From the NCBI GenBank assembly GCA_963823335.1, contig CAWGLD010000001.1, positions 1,120,001-1,184,000 of the forward strand: 64,000 nucleotides of DNA, given 5' to 3'. Of the stretch, positions 50,126-59,154 are shown piece after piece (the stretch's first letter is position 1; each line of letters starts with the position of its first letter). Made by a program: the position numbers and the translations under genes. The stretch comes from an uncultured delta proteobacterium. Its GTDB lineage: Bacteria > Desulfobacterota > Desulfobacteria > Desulfobacterales > B30-G6. The notes under the pieces are model-generated. The model was given only the letters and a program-made list of their open reading frames with translations. It had not been told where the DNA came from and did no database searches.

Positions 50126-50506
50126 ATGGCAATTAAATCCATCGAGACCAAGCAGGCACCGGCGGCCATTGGCCCCTATTCCCAGGGCATCAGTGCCGGA
50201 GCGTGGCATTTTGTGAGTGGACAGCTGGGAATGGACCCGGATACTGGAGAGCTGGTGAGCGAGAATGTGGCCGGTCAGGCACAGCAGGCCCTGGAGAACC
50301 TGAAGCAGATCGTGGAGGCAGCCGGGTGCAGTCTGAACCAGGTGGTGGCTGTGGATGTGTTCTTGACCGACATGGGAAATTTTCTGGAATTCAACGGCAT
50401 CTACGAAGCGTTTTTTGCCGGCCACAAACCGGCCCGGGCCGTGGTGGAAGTTAGTGCCCTGCCCAAGGGGGGGTGCGTGGAGATCAAGTGTATCGTCAAC
50501 GGATAG
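50126..50506 (+). CDS. RidA/Rid family enamine/imine deaminase
   Basis: APAAIGPYSQ, SGQL, PARA.VEV..LP...VEI. Confidence 0.93.
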   Translation: MAIKSIETKQAPAAIGPYSQGISAGAWHFVSGQLGMDPDTGELVSENVAGQAQQALENLKQIVEAAGCSLNQVVAVDVFLTDMGNFLEFNGIYEAFFAGHKPARAVVEVSALPKGGCVEIKCIVNG

Positions 50507-50541
50507 CCTGGTGAGCATTTAAGCTGTGAGCCGCATAATGC

Positions 50542-51030
50542 TTATTGCTCTGGAACATCGACAAGCTGTATTTCATGGCCTGTGCTTTCCAGGAAACGGA
50601 CAAGGTTTTCCCGGGAGATCTCCAGGGTGGCGGTGTTCACCAGGGGGTGACATTGAAAGGATTCCGACGCCCACAGCGCCTGGTCCACGAAGAGTTCCAC
50701 AGCATGGACCTTGTCATTGTAGAGCGCCAGTATGGAAACCGCTCCCGGCTCTATGCCCAGGTGTTTTTTCAAGCGCTCAGATGACCCGAAACTGATTCGT
50801 TTGATCCCCATCCGATCTTTCAACGTTTTCAAATTCACCTGTTTGTGACCAGGTACGACAACCAAGAAATGGCGCTTGCCTTTGTCGTCTCTCAGGAACA
50901 GGTTTTTTGTTTTGGCTGCTGACAGCTCCGGTACGAGCCGGTCGGCTTCTTCCACCGTATAAACCGCTGGATGGTCGTGGCGGGTGTATGCAATCAGGTT
51001 TTCTTCCAGAAATTTAAAAAAAGCTTCCAT
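50542..51030 (-). CDS. ProX/YbaK-family aminoacyl-tRNA deacylase (ProXp-ala-like)
   Basis: HPAVYTVEE, KNLFLRD, PGAVS, HPLVN. Confidence 0.88.
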   Translation of the reverse strand: MEAFFKFLEENLIAYTRHDHPAVYTVEEADRLVPELSAAKTKNLFLRDDKGKRHFLVVVPGHKQVNLKTLKDRMGIKRISFGSSERLKKHLGIEPGAVSILALYNDKVHAVELFVDQALWASESFQCHPLVNTATLEISRENLVRFLESTGHEIQLVDVPEQ

Positions 51031-51222
51031 GAATTTTTCCTTTGTGCGTATTTTACCATAATTCGTTTGATGCTTATATGTTCTTAAGCATGATATTTCA
51101 AGTCTTACCCACAGGAAAATTTGTGCATTGGAATTGTTGCCCGGAAACCATTTGCATTTTCACACGGCCTCCATTAGAAACATCGTTTGTGATTATCAAT
51201 TTTCTTGTTTTAAGGAGGTCTT

Positions 51223-52200
51223 ATGTCTTCGAACCGTCTGCTCTATCTTTCCCAGCAGGAGGTGGCTTCCGCCGGTGTTACCATGGCGGAAATTATTGAT
51301 CTGCTGGAAATCGCTTTTCAGGAAAAAGGAAACCATCAAACGGAAATGCCGCCAAAACCAGGGATTCATCCGGGCGGCGGTGACAACTTTATTCATGCCA
51401 TGCCGGCCTATATACCGGCAATGAAGGCTGCCGGCATCAAGTGGGTCAGCGGATTTCCGGACAACCTCAAACAAGGCGTTCCCTATATCAACGGGCTGCT
51501 CATTCTAAATGATGCAGAAACAGGTCTGCCAATATCCGTCATGGATTGTGTCTGGCTCACCGGGATGAGAACCGGCGCCGCAACAGCCTTGTCAGCCCGT
51601 TACCTGGCACGGCCCGATTCATCAACTGTCGGCGTGCTTGGATGCGGGGTCCAGGGCAGGACCAATTTCGAAGCATTGAAGGTGCTGTTTCCCCTTCAAA
51701 GCGTGAAAGCCTTTGATGCCCATAAGGGGGCAGCTCAGGCCTATGCAAAAGAGATTCAAGCCCGTTTTGATGTTCATGTGGAAATTGTTGAGACGCCTCA
51801 AGCCGCGGTGACAGGCAGTGACATCATCGTGACGGCCGGTCCGATTCTGAAAAAACCCCATGCCACCATCCAGCCAGGATGGATGTCGGAAGGGGCCTTT
51901 GCTTCACTGGTGGATTTTGATTCTTACTGGCATGCCCATGCCATGAAGGAAGCAGGCAAATTCTGCACGGATGATACGCCTCAGATGCTGCATTACAAAA
52001 CACTGGGGTATTTTCAGGAGATCCCACCCATTCATGCCGACCTGGGAGAACTGGTGACGGGCGAAAAACCCGGGCGCGAGACACGTAAGGAGAAAACCAT
52101 GACCGCAAACCTTGGTCTTGCCATCGACGATATGGCCGTGGCTCCCTTGGTTTTTCAAAAAGCCAGGGAAAAAGGGATCGGGACTTGGTTAGACTTATGA
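51223..52200 (+). CDS. Ornithine cyclodeaminase/mu-crystallin family protein
   Basis: HAMPA, GIKWV, TGMRTGA, GCGVQG, GLAIDD. Confidence 0.9.
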   Translation: MSSNRLLYLSQQEVASAGVTMAEIIDLLEIAFQEKGNHQTEMPPKPGIHPGGGDNFIHAMPAYIPAMKAAGIKWVSGFPDNLKQGVPYINGLLILNDAETGLPISVMDCVWLTGMRTGAATALSARYLARPDSSTVGVLGCGVQGRTNFEALKVLFPLQSVKAFDAHKGAAQAYAKEIQARFDVHVEIVETPQAAVTGSDIIVTAGPILKKPHATIQPGWMSEGAFASLVDFDSYWHAHAMKEAGKFCTDDTPQMLHYKTLGYFQEIPPIHADLGELVTGEKPGRETRKEKTMTANLGLAIDDMAVAPLVFQKAREKGIGTWLDL

Positions 52201-52229
52201 TACCAATGTAAGAAAGGACGGTAACACGT

Positions 52230-53399
52230 ATGACGGAAAAGATAGATATCATCATCATCGGTGGCGGGATCATGGGGAGCGCCACTGCCTATTCACTGCT
52301 GCAGGCGGACAACGGCCTGAAGATAGTAGTGATCGAAAAGGATCCCTCATACACGCGTGCATCCACCACCTTATCCATGTCCAATGCCCGGATTCAGTTC
52401 AGCCTGAAACAGAATATCCGGATATCCCAATATGCTTTTGAGATACTGGAACGGTTCGAGGAGGATATGGGGGTGGGAGACAGACACCCACGCATTGGAT
52501 TCAAGCGGGAAGGGAACCTGTTTGTGGTGGACGCGCAGGGACTCGAATCTGCAAAAGCAGCGATTCAACTGCAAAAGGGACTGGGCTGTGACATCCTGTG
52601 GCAGAGTCCAGAGGAGATCGCGGCACAGTACCCCTTGTACAATATGAAAGAATATGTCGGCGGGTCTTTTGGCCCCCGGGATGGTTATTTCGATGCCTAT
52701 GCCACTCTCATGGGATACAAGGCAAAAGCCATTGCCATGGGGGCACGCTATATAGAAGACGCGGTTGTAAAAATAAACCTTATGAACAAGCAGGTGGATG
52801 GCGTACACCTGGCATCCGGCAACGCCCTTGGGGCCGGTGTCGTTGTCAACTGTGCCGGCGCATGGGCAGCGCAGGTCGCCCGTACAGCCAATGTCGACCT
52901 GCCCATCGATCCGGTCAAGCGCCAGGTGTTTGTACTGGATACGACGGTGAAGCCTGAACGGCCCCTGCCCTTGACGGTTCTTCCATCGGGTCTTTATTTT
53001 AGAACGGAAACAGGGGGCCACATTCTGTTGGGAAAATCCATGGATGAGGATCCGGTCGGCTTTGAATTTTCCTGGGACGAAAAACGGTTTTATGATGTAT
53101 TGTGGCCCGAGCTTGCCGAGTATGTGCCCGCTTTCGATACCCTGAAACTCATCCGGGGATGGGCTGGTCTCTATGCGGTCAACCGGCTGGACAGCAATGC
53201 CATTCTCGGGGAATGGCCTGAAATTGCGGGTCTGTTTTTGGCCAATGGGTTTTCGGGCCACGGTCTGCAGCAGGCCCCGGCGGTGGGGCGCTATCTGTCA
53301 GAAGTTATTTTGGGAAAAGAGCCTGTTTTGGACCTGTCCATATTTTCTCCCCAGCGCATTCTTGAAAACAAACCCTTAACGGAGATGGGGTTGGTATAG
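52230..53399 (+). CDS. FAD-dependent oxidoreductase, DAO family (sarcosine oxidase beta/FOXRED1-like)
   Basis: GGGIMG, NCAGAW, WAGLY, GFSGHGLQQAPAVG. Confidence 0.88.
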   Translation: MTEKIDIIIIGGGIMGSATAYSLLQADNGLKIVVIEKDPSYTRASTTLSMSNARIQFSLKQNIRISQYAFEILERFEEDMGVGDRHPRIGFKREGNLFVVDAQGLESAKAAIQLQKGLGCDILWQSPEEIAAQYPLYNMKEYVGGSFGPRDGYFDAYATLMGYKAKAIAMGARYIEDAVVKINLMNKQVDGVHLASGNALGAGVVVNCAGAWAAQVARTANVDLPIDPVKRQVFVLDTTVKPERPLPLTVLPSGLYFRTETGGHILLGKSMDEDPVGFEFSWDEKRFYDVLWPELAEYVPAFDTLKLIRGWAGLYAVNRLDSNAILGEWPEIAGLFLANGFSGHGLQQAPAVGRYLSEVILGKEPVLDLSIFSPQRILENKPLTEMGLV

Positions 53400-53402
53400 C
53401 AA

Positions 53403-54650
53403 ATGGAAACATCCAAGCACGTCATCATCATCGGTGGTGGTGTCATAGGCGGGTTTGCGGCGTATTACCTGCTGGAGAACGGGTGGTCGGTTACCATCGT
53501 CGACAAAGACCGCTTCGGCCAGGGAGCTTCCAGCGGCAACTGCGGCCTGATCGTCCCCAATCACATTCTGCCCCTCAACTCCCTGGGCACCCTTGTCAAG
53601 GCGCTCACGTGGATGCTGTCTGAAGATTCGCCGCTGTATATCAAGCCGCGATTGGACGCTAATCTGATTAAATGGTTTTGCCAGTTTGCTCGTCATGCAC
53701 ATCCAAAAGCGGTGTTGAGATCTGCGAGAGGCCGTCATGCATTGCTGAAGAGCAGTTTCGAGCTGTATCCGGTGTTTATGGAGGCAGAAAATGTGGCCTG
53801 CGACTGGGATGTGGGCGGTTCCCTTCACATTTATAGATCTGCCAGGGGCTGGAACGATTATCGCAGAACCGATACTTTTTTAAGAGGGTTCGGAATACAG
53901 GCCCAGGCCCTGGACAGGAATACCATCCGTGGCTTTATGCCGGCCCTGGATGAGGGCGTCAGCGGCGGCTGGCTCTACCGGCAGACCGCCCTTCTCCGAC
54001 CCGAACGGCTCATGTCTGAGTTGCGCCGCATTCTTCTAGACCGTGGTGCACGGATTTTAGAGAATTGTCCAGTTCAAACCTTTCGGCAGGAACAAGGTCG
54101 CGCTGTTTCCATTGTGACAAAGGATGGGGAACTTGCAGCCGATGCATTTGTGCTGGCCACAGGGGCCTGGGCGCCTTTTTTTGAGAACGTGCTGGGGTGC
54201 AACCTCCCGATTCAAGCGGGAAAAGGGTATTCTATGACCATGGATCGGCCAGAGAGATTTCCCGGGATCCCATGCTTTTTTGAAGAACAGCGCATGGTAT
54301 CGACACCCTGGCCCGATGCGTGCCGGCTGGGAGGAACCATGGAATTCTCGGGTTATGATACCCAGCTGAACCAACGGCGACTGCGGGCGTTGAAAAGCGG
54401 TTTCGAGGGCTACTCCGAGCAATGGCAATTCAACAGCAAAAAAGAGCAATGGTGTGGTTTCCGGCCCATGACCATGGACGGGTTGCCTTTCATCGATCGT
54501 TCGCCCCGGTTGAAAAATGTCATGATTGCAGCCGGGCATAACATGATCGGCCTGAGTGCGGCGCCGGGAACGGGAAAACTCGTGGCTGAGATCCTGGCAG
54601 GAGCCTCGCCCCATATCGATCCACATCCCTACCGCATTACAAGGCCATAA
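53403..54650 (+). CDS. D-amino acid dehydrogenase (DadA-like) flavoprotein
   Basis: GGGVIG, ASSGNCG, KGYS, GGTME, WCGFRPMT.DGLP, GHNMIG. Confidence 0.88.
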   Translation: METSKHVIIIGGGVIGGFAAYYLLENGWSVTIVDKDRFGQGASSGNCGLIVPNHILPLNSLGTLVKALTWMLSEDSPLYIKPRLDANLIKWFCQFARHAHPKAVLRSARGRHALLKSSFELYPVFMEAENVACDWDVGGSLHIYRSARGWNDYRRTDTFLRGFGIQAQALDRNTIRGFMPALDEGVSGGWLYRQTALLRPERLMSELRRILLDRGARILENCPVQTFRQEQGRAVSIVTKDGELAADAFVLATGAWAPFFENVLGCNLPIQAGKGYSMTMDRPERFPGIPCFFEEQRMVSTPWPDACRLGGTMEFSGYDTQLNQRRLRALKSGFEGYSEQWQFNSKKEQWCGFRPMTMDGLPFIDRSPRLKNVMIAAGHNMIGLSAAPGTGKLVAEILAGASPHIDPHPYRITRP

Positions 54651-54889
54651 TGGCATCGCTGGGCGATGTTATTTGACGCGGCTTTGCCGCTTTAAAACAT
54701 GCGGTCATCTATGAAACTGAAATACTATCGAGAGGTTATAGCATTTGTCAAAATACCTTGTCGTGAGTGTTTTTCTTTTAATGAGCAGAAAGCCCCAGGT
54801 GTGATCCGCATACGGGGAATCATCTTGATGGTATAATTATAATCTGCTATCAATTCCATATCATCGTCTTCAGATGGGAGAGCGAAACA

Positions 54890-55984
54890 ATGCATGTGTT
54901 TTTTCGATTTTTTATCCGCATACGGATATGTTTATGCCTGGTATTACTAGCAGGAGCAAATTTCACTTCCTATTCATTTGCCCAGGAACAGAAAAAAACA
55001 CCCCCGGCCATCCCGGTCAAGACAGCGCCAGTCGTAAAAAAAACCGTCAGTGACCAGATTTCTCTGATTGGCACGACAAAGCCCATCCGGGAGAGCGTCG
55101 TTGCATCCGAGGTGTCGGGTCTGGTGGAGATTTTTTACGTCAAGGCCGGGGATTTTATCACCAGGGGAACTCCGCTGGCGGTTCTGGGGTCTACTGGTGC
55201 GCGACTGCGATTGAAGGGCGCCATGGCTGCCCGGTCTGGTATTCAAGCAAGACGTATTCTCGCTGAAAAGGAGTTGCAGCGCATCAGCAACCTCAAGAGT
55301 ACCAACAGCGTGGCGGAAAGACAATATGACGAAGCTTTCTACAATCATAGTGCTCTTGAAAATGAACTTTTAAAAAATGCGGCCGATATCGAGCAACTGG
55401 AATACGAAATTTATAGAAAGGATATTAAGGCGCCTTTTGCAGGTTTTGTCGCATCAGAGCATACCCAGGTAGGGGAATGGGTGGCTGCGGGCGGTCCGGT
55501 TGTTACGCTGGTGGACATGAACCGTATTCTCATCATGGTGGATGTGCCTGAAAGATATGCCGTGGGGATCAAATCCAGCAGCAACGTCCGTGCGGCCATT
55601 GGCAGCCTGGGTACATTACCCCTGTTCGCAAGCGTTTCCGCAATTTTACCCAAGGGGGATCCAAGCGCCAGAACATTCCCTGTACACATCGAACTGCCAA
55701 ATAAAGATTACAGGATCAAGAGCGGCATGGCCGCAACGGTTACATTCAATGTAGGGGAGAAGCGAACGGTCAAGTTGCTGCCCAAAGATGCCGTTGTAAC
55801 TTCCGGAGACACGCGGCTGGTCTATACCGTCGAAAATGGCAAGGCAGTTCCTGTTCCTGTCAAGATCGAGGGCTACTATGACAATGATGCCGCCATCGAG
55901 GGAGCTCTGGAACCGGGCATTCAGGTGGTTATCCGGGGTAACGAGCGCTTGAGGCCAGGTCAGGCCATACAGGTTGTTGACTGA
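54890..55984 (+). CDS. RND efflux periplasmic adaptor (membrane fusion protein)
   Basis: SEVSG.V, IKAPFAG, ARTF.V, LRPGQ. Confidence 0.92.
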   Translation: MHVFFRFFIRIRICLCLVLLAGANFTSYSFAQEQKKTPPAIPVKTAPVVKKTVSDQISLIGTTKPIRESVVASEVSGLVEIFYVKAGDFITRGTPLAVLGSTGARLRLKGAMAARSGIQARRILAEKELQRISNLKSTNSVAERQYDEAFYNHSALENELLKNAADIEQLEYEIYRKDIKAPFAGFVASEHTQVGEWVAAGGPVVTLVDMNRILIMVDVPERYAVGIKSSSNVRAAIGSLGTLPLFASVSAILPKGDPSARTFPVHIELPNKDYRIKSGMAATVTFNVGEKRTVKLLPKDAVVTSGDTRLVYTVENGKAVPVPVKIEGYYDNDAAIEGALEPGIQVVIRGNERLRPGQAIQVVD

Positions 55985-58900
55985 TGAAACTCGTCGATAC
56001 TGCGATCAAAAGACCGGTGACCGTTATTGTGGGTGCTATTCTGCTGGTTCTGTTCGGTTTTATTTCTCTTTACAGAATTCCGATCCAGTTGACGCCCAAT
56101 GTGGATCTACCTGAAGTGTCCGTGGAGACGCGATGGGATGGAGCCAGCCCTCAGGAGGTGGAACGGGAGATTATCGATGTCCAGGAGGAGGAGTTGAAAA
56201 ACCTCGAGGGACTGGACAGCATGGAAAGCGAAAGCCGGGACAGCTATGCGTACATCAACCTGATGTTCGAAATCGGTACGGATCCGGATGACGCGCTGTT
56301 GCGGGTGTCCAAGAAACTGGACCAGGTAAAAAAATATCCAACCGACGCCGACAAACCCCTGATAAAATCCGGTGGGCGGCAAGAGCAGGCCATTGCCTGG
56401 ATGGTGGTGAAGGCTTTAGACGGATACCAGGGTATTTTGAATCAGGAGTTCGACTTTATCAATGATAATGTCAAACCCTTTCTGGAAAGAATCGACAACG
56501 TCGCTTCGGTGAATGTCTATGGGGGTCAGGAAAGGGAGCTTACGGTCATCATCGACACGGAAGCGATGGCCGCCCGCAAAATCACCATACCCGAACTTTT
56601 AAGAGCACTGGCCGTTGAGAACAGAAACGTGAGTGCCGGCAGTTTCGATGAAGGCAAACGAAAGTATGTCACCCGAACGGTGGGTGAGTTCAGGGATGTC
56701 ACCGACGTTGAAAATGTCATCGTCAAACGGGTGAACAATATCCCTGTAAAGGTGGGAGATGTCTCGCGTGTCCAGATTGGGTATGAAAAACTGGACGTGG
56801 TGGTCCGACACGAAGGCTCACCCACCATCGTCATGAATGTCATCCGTGAACCGGGCTCCAATGTGCTGGTTATCATGAGCCGCCTGAAAGAGGTTTTAAA
56901 GGACCTCAACGACTCGGTTCTCAAGGACAGAAAGCTGGCGATCCGTCAAGTCTACGATGAAACCGGCTATATTTACAGCGCCATCGATCTTGTGCGGCAG
57001 AACATCTTTCTTGGAGGGATCCTGGCGATCGTGGTGCTGATTCTATTCTTAAGGAGTCTTGCCAGCACCTTTATCGTTTCCCTGGCGATCCCCATCAGCG
57101 TGATCGCGACTTTTCTGATCATGACCTTGCTGGGACGCAATATCAATGTGGTCAGTCTGGCGGGTCTCAGTTTTGCCATCGGCATGGTGGTGGACAACTC
57201 CATTGTGGTGTTCGAGAACATTTTTCGGCATCGTGAGATGGGCAAATCGCGTGCGACGGCTGCCTATGACGGCACCGTAGAAGTCTGGGGTGCTGTCCTG
57301 GCAAGTACGCTGACCACCGTGGCGGTGTTTCTGCCCATCGTGTTTGTACAGGAAGAAGCGGGCCAGCTATTCCGGGACATTGCCATTGCCATCAGCAGTG
57401 CGGTTTTGTTGAGTCTGATCGTTTCCATAACGGGTATTCCGACGCTATCGGCCAAGATTCTCGGCCGGGTCGATACAACATCTCCGAAAAAGAGAGGCCG
57501 GTTTTCCGTCATCGGAATAGCCGGCGGGTTCGTCAATATGATCACCCGTTTTATCTACTGGATGTGCGGTTATGTGACGGCCAGGATTGTGATGGTGCTT
57601 GTTTTAACCACATTGTCATTCAGTTTTGCCTTAGGGCTGATACCCAAAACAGAGTATCTTCCCCAGGGGAACCGTGAAATGCTGTTCGGTATTCTCATCC
57701 CTCCACCCGGTTATAACCAGGATGAAATGAAGCGTATCGCCATAGAGGTGGAAAAAGACATTCTGCCCTTGATCGATCATGAAGGTGAAAGTAAAATGGC
57801 GTCAGATTTAAATCTTCCTCCGCTGGAGAGCTTCTTCTTTGTGGCGTTCGGACAACAGGCCTTTATGGGGATGATGTCCAAGATTCAAGAACGGACAGCC
57901 GAACTGCTCCCTTATATTTATGGTGCCCTCAGAAAAATACCCGGCATGATCGCCGTGGTTCAGCAGCCGGGCCTTTTCGCACGGGGCATCGGTAAGGGTC
58001 GATCCATCGAGGTCGAGATAACAGGCCCTGATCTGGTTCAGTTGATCAATCTGGGGCGGCAGGTCTTTGGCGGGGCCATGCAGGTCCTTCCCGGAGCCCA
58101 GATTCGACCCATCCCGAGCCTCGACCTGGGGAGCCCGGAAATGCAGATTGTTCCCGACCGGGACCGGCTGACCCGCCTGGGATTGACCACGGCCGATCTT
58201 GGTACAACGGTCGATGTTCTGGTGGACGGTGCTCGTGCCAGCGGATACCGTTTTCTGGGGGAAGAGATTGACCTCATGGTCAAGACGGAAGAAAACAGGA
58301 TATCGACCATTCAGGATTTAGCAGGTCTGCCGATAATTGCCCAATCCGGAGAAACGGTGACCCTGGCATCGGTGGCAGACATAAGCTTGACCGAGGGACC
58401 CAGCCAGATCAACCATATCCGTGCGGAACGGGCCATCACCATACAGATTATCCCACCCTTTGAGATCGCTCTTGAAACGGCAACACAGCTCATCGCCGAA
58501 AAGGTTATCGAGCCTCTGACTGGCAGTGGTGTTCTGGGTACTAGCTATCGTATCGACATGGCAGGCACCGCGGACGACCTGACACGAACCCGGGACGCGC
58601 TCATGTGGAATTTCCTGCTGGCGATGGTTATCAGCTATCTGCTCATGTCAGCTCTGTTTGAAAATTTTCTGTATCCCTTCATCATCATGTTCAGCGTGCC
58701 CCTGGCTGCGGCCGGTGGCTTTGTCGGTCTTTTTCTGCTCAACCGGTTTCTTGTTTACCAGCCCCTGGACATTATTACCATGCTCGGTTTCGTCATTCTG
58801 GTGGGCATCGTGGTGAACAATGCCATTCTTATCGTTCATCAGACACTCAACAATATGCGCGATGCCGCCATGACATCCCGCGAGGCCATCGCCGAGTCGG

Positions 58901-59142
58901 TCCGGTCACGAATACGACCCATCTATATGAGCAGCATCACCACGGTATGCGCCATGACCCCCCTGGTGCTTTCACCCGGGGCCGGTTCCGAATTTTATCG
59001 TGGGCTCGGCAGCGTTGTCATTGGCGGTATCCTGGTTTCCACGATTTTCACCATTTTTCTGATTCCTGCATTGCTGAGCTTGACATTGGATACCGTGTCC
59101 GGCATTAAGAGAAGCTTGCACCTGGAGAACACAGACACCTGA
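55984..59142 (+). CDS. RND efflux permease (AcrB/AcrD/AcrF family)
   Basis: 1052 aa; AIP.S, GMVVDNSIVVFENI, GIVVNNAI, RIRPI. Confidence 0.95.
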   Translation: MKLVDTAIKRPVTVIVGAILLVLFGFISLYRIPIQLTPNVDLPEVSVETRWDGASPQEVEREIIDVQEEELKNLEGLDSMESESRDSYAYINLMFEIGTDPDDALLRVSKKLDQVKKYPTDADKPLIKSGGRQEQAIAWMVVKALDGYQGILNQEFDFINDNVKPFLERIDNVASVNVYGGQERELTVIIDTEAMAARKITIPELLRALAVENRNVSAGSFDEGKRKYVTRTVGEFRDVTDVENVIVKRVNNIPVKVGDVSRVQIGYEKLDVVVRHEGSPTIVMNVIREPGSNVLVIMSRLKEVLKDLNDSVLKDRKLAIRQVYDETGYIYSAIDLVRQNIFLGGILAIVVLILFLRSLASTFIVSLAIPISVIATFLIMTLLGRNINVVSLAGLSFAIGMVVDNSIVVFENIFRHREMGKSRATAAYDGTVEVWGAVLASTLTTVAVFLPIVFVQEEAGQLFRDIAIAISSAVLLSLIVSITGIPTLSAKILGRVDTTSPKKRGRFSVIGIAGGFVNMITRFIYWMCGYVTARIVMVLVLTTLSFSFALGLIPKTEYLPQGNREMLFGILIPPPGYNQDEMKRIAIEVEKDILPLIDHEGESKMASDLNLPPLESFFFVAFGQQAFMGMMSKIQERTAELLPYIYGALRKIPGMIAVVQQPGLFARGIGKGRSIEVEITGPDLVQLINLGRQVFGGAMQVLPGAQIRPIPSLDLGSPEMQIVPDRDRLTRLGLTTADLGTTVDVLVDGARASGYRFLGEEIDLMVKTEENRISTIQDLAGLPIIAQSGETVTLASVADISLTEGPSQINHIRAERAITIQIIPPFEIALETATQLIAEKVIEPLTGSGVLGTSYRIDMAGTADDLTRTRDALMWNFLLAMVISYLLMSALFENFLYPFIIMFSVPLAAAGGFVGLFLLNRFLVYQPLDIITMLGFVILVGIVVNNAILIVHQTLNNMRDAAMTSREAIAESVRSRIRPIYMSSITTVCAMTPLVLSPGAGSEFYRGLGSVVIGGILVSTIFTIFLIPALLSLTLDTVSGIKRSLHLENTDT

Positions 59143-59154
59143 GGGAAGGAACAT

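Noticed and set aside
57180-58830. RND proton-relay variant (DN instead of DD; NN instead of KN)
   Set aside because: This variant is common among non-AcrB RND subfamilies and is not evidence of inactivation.
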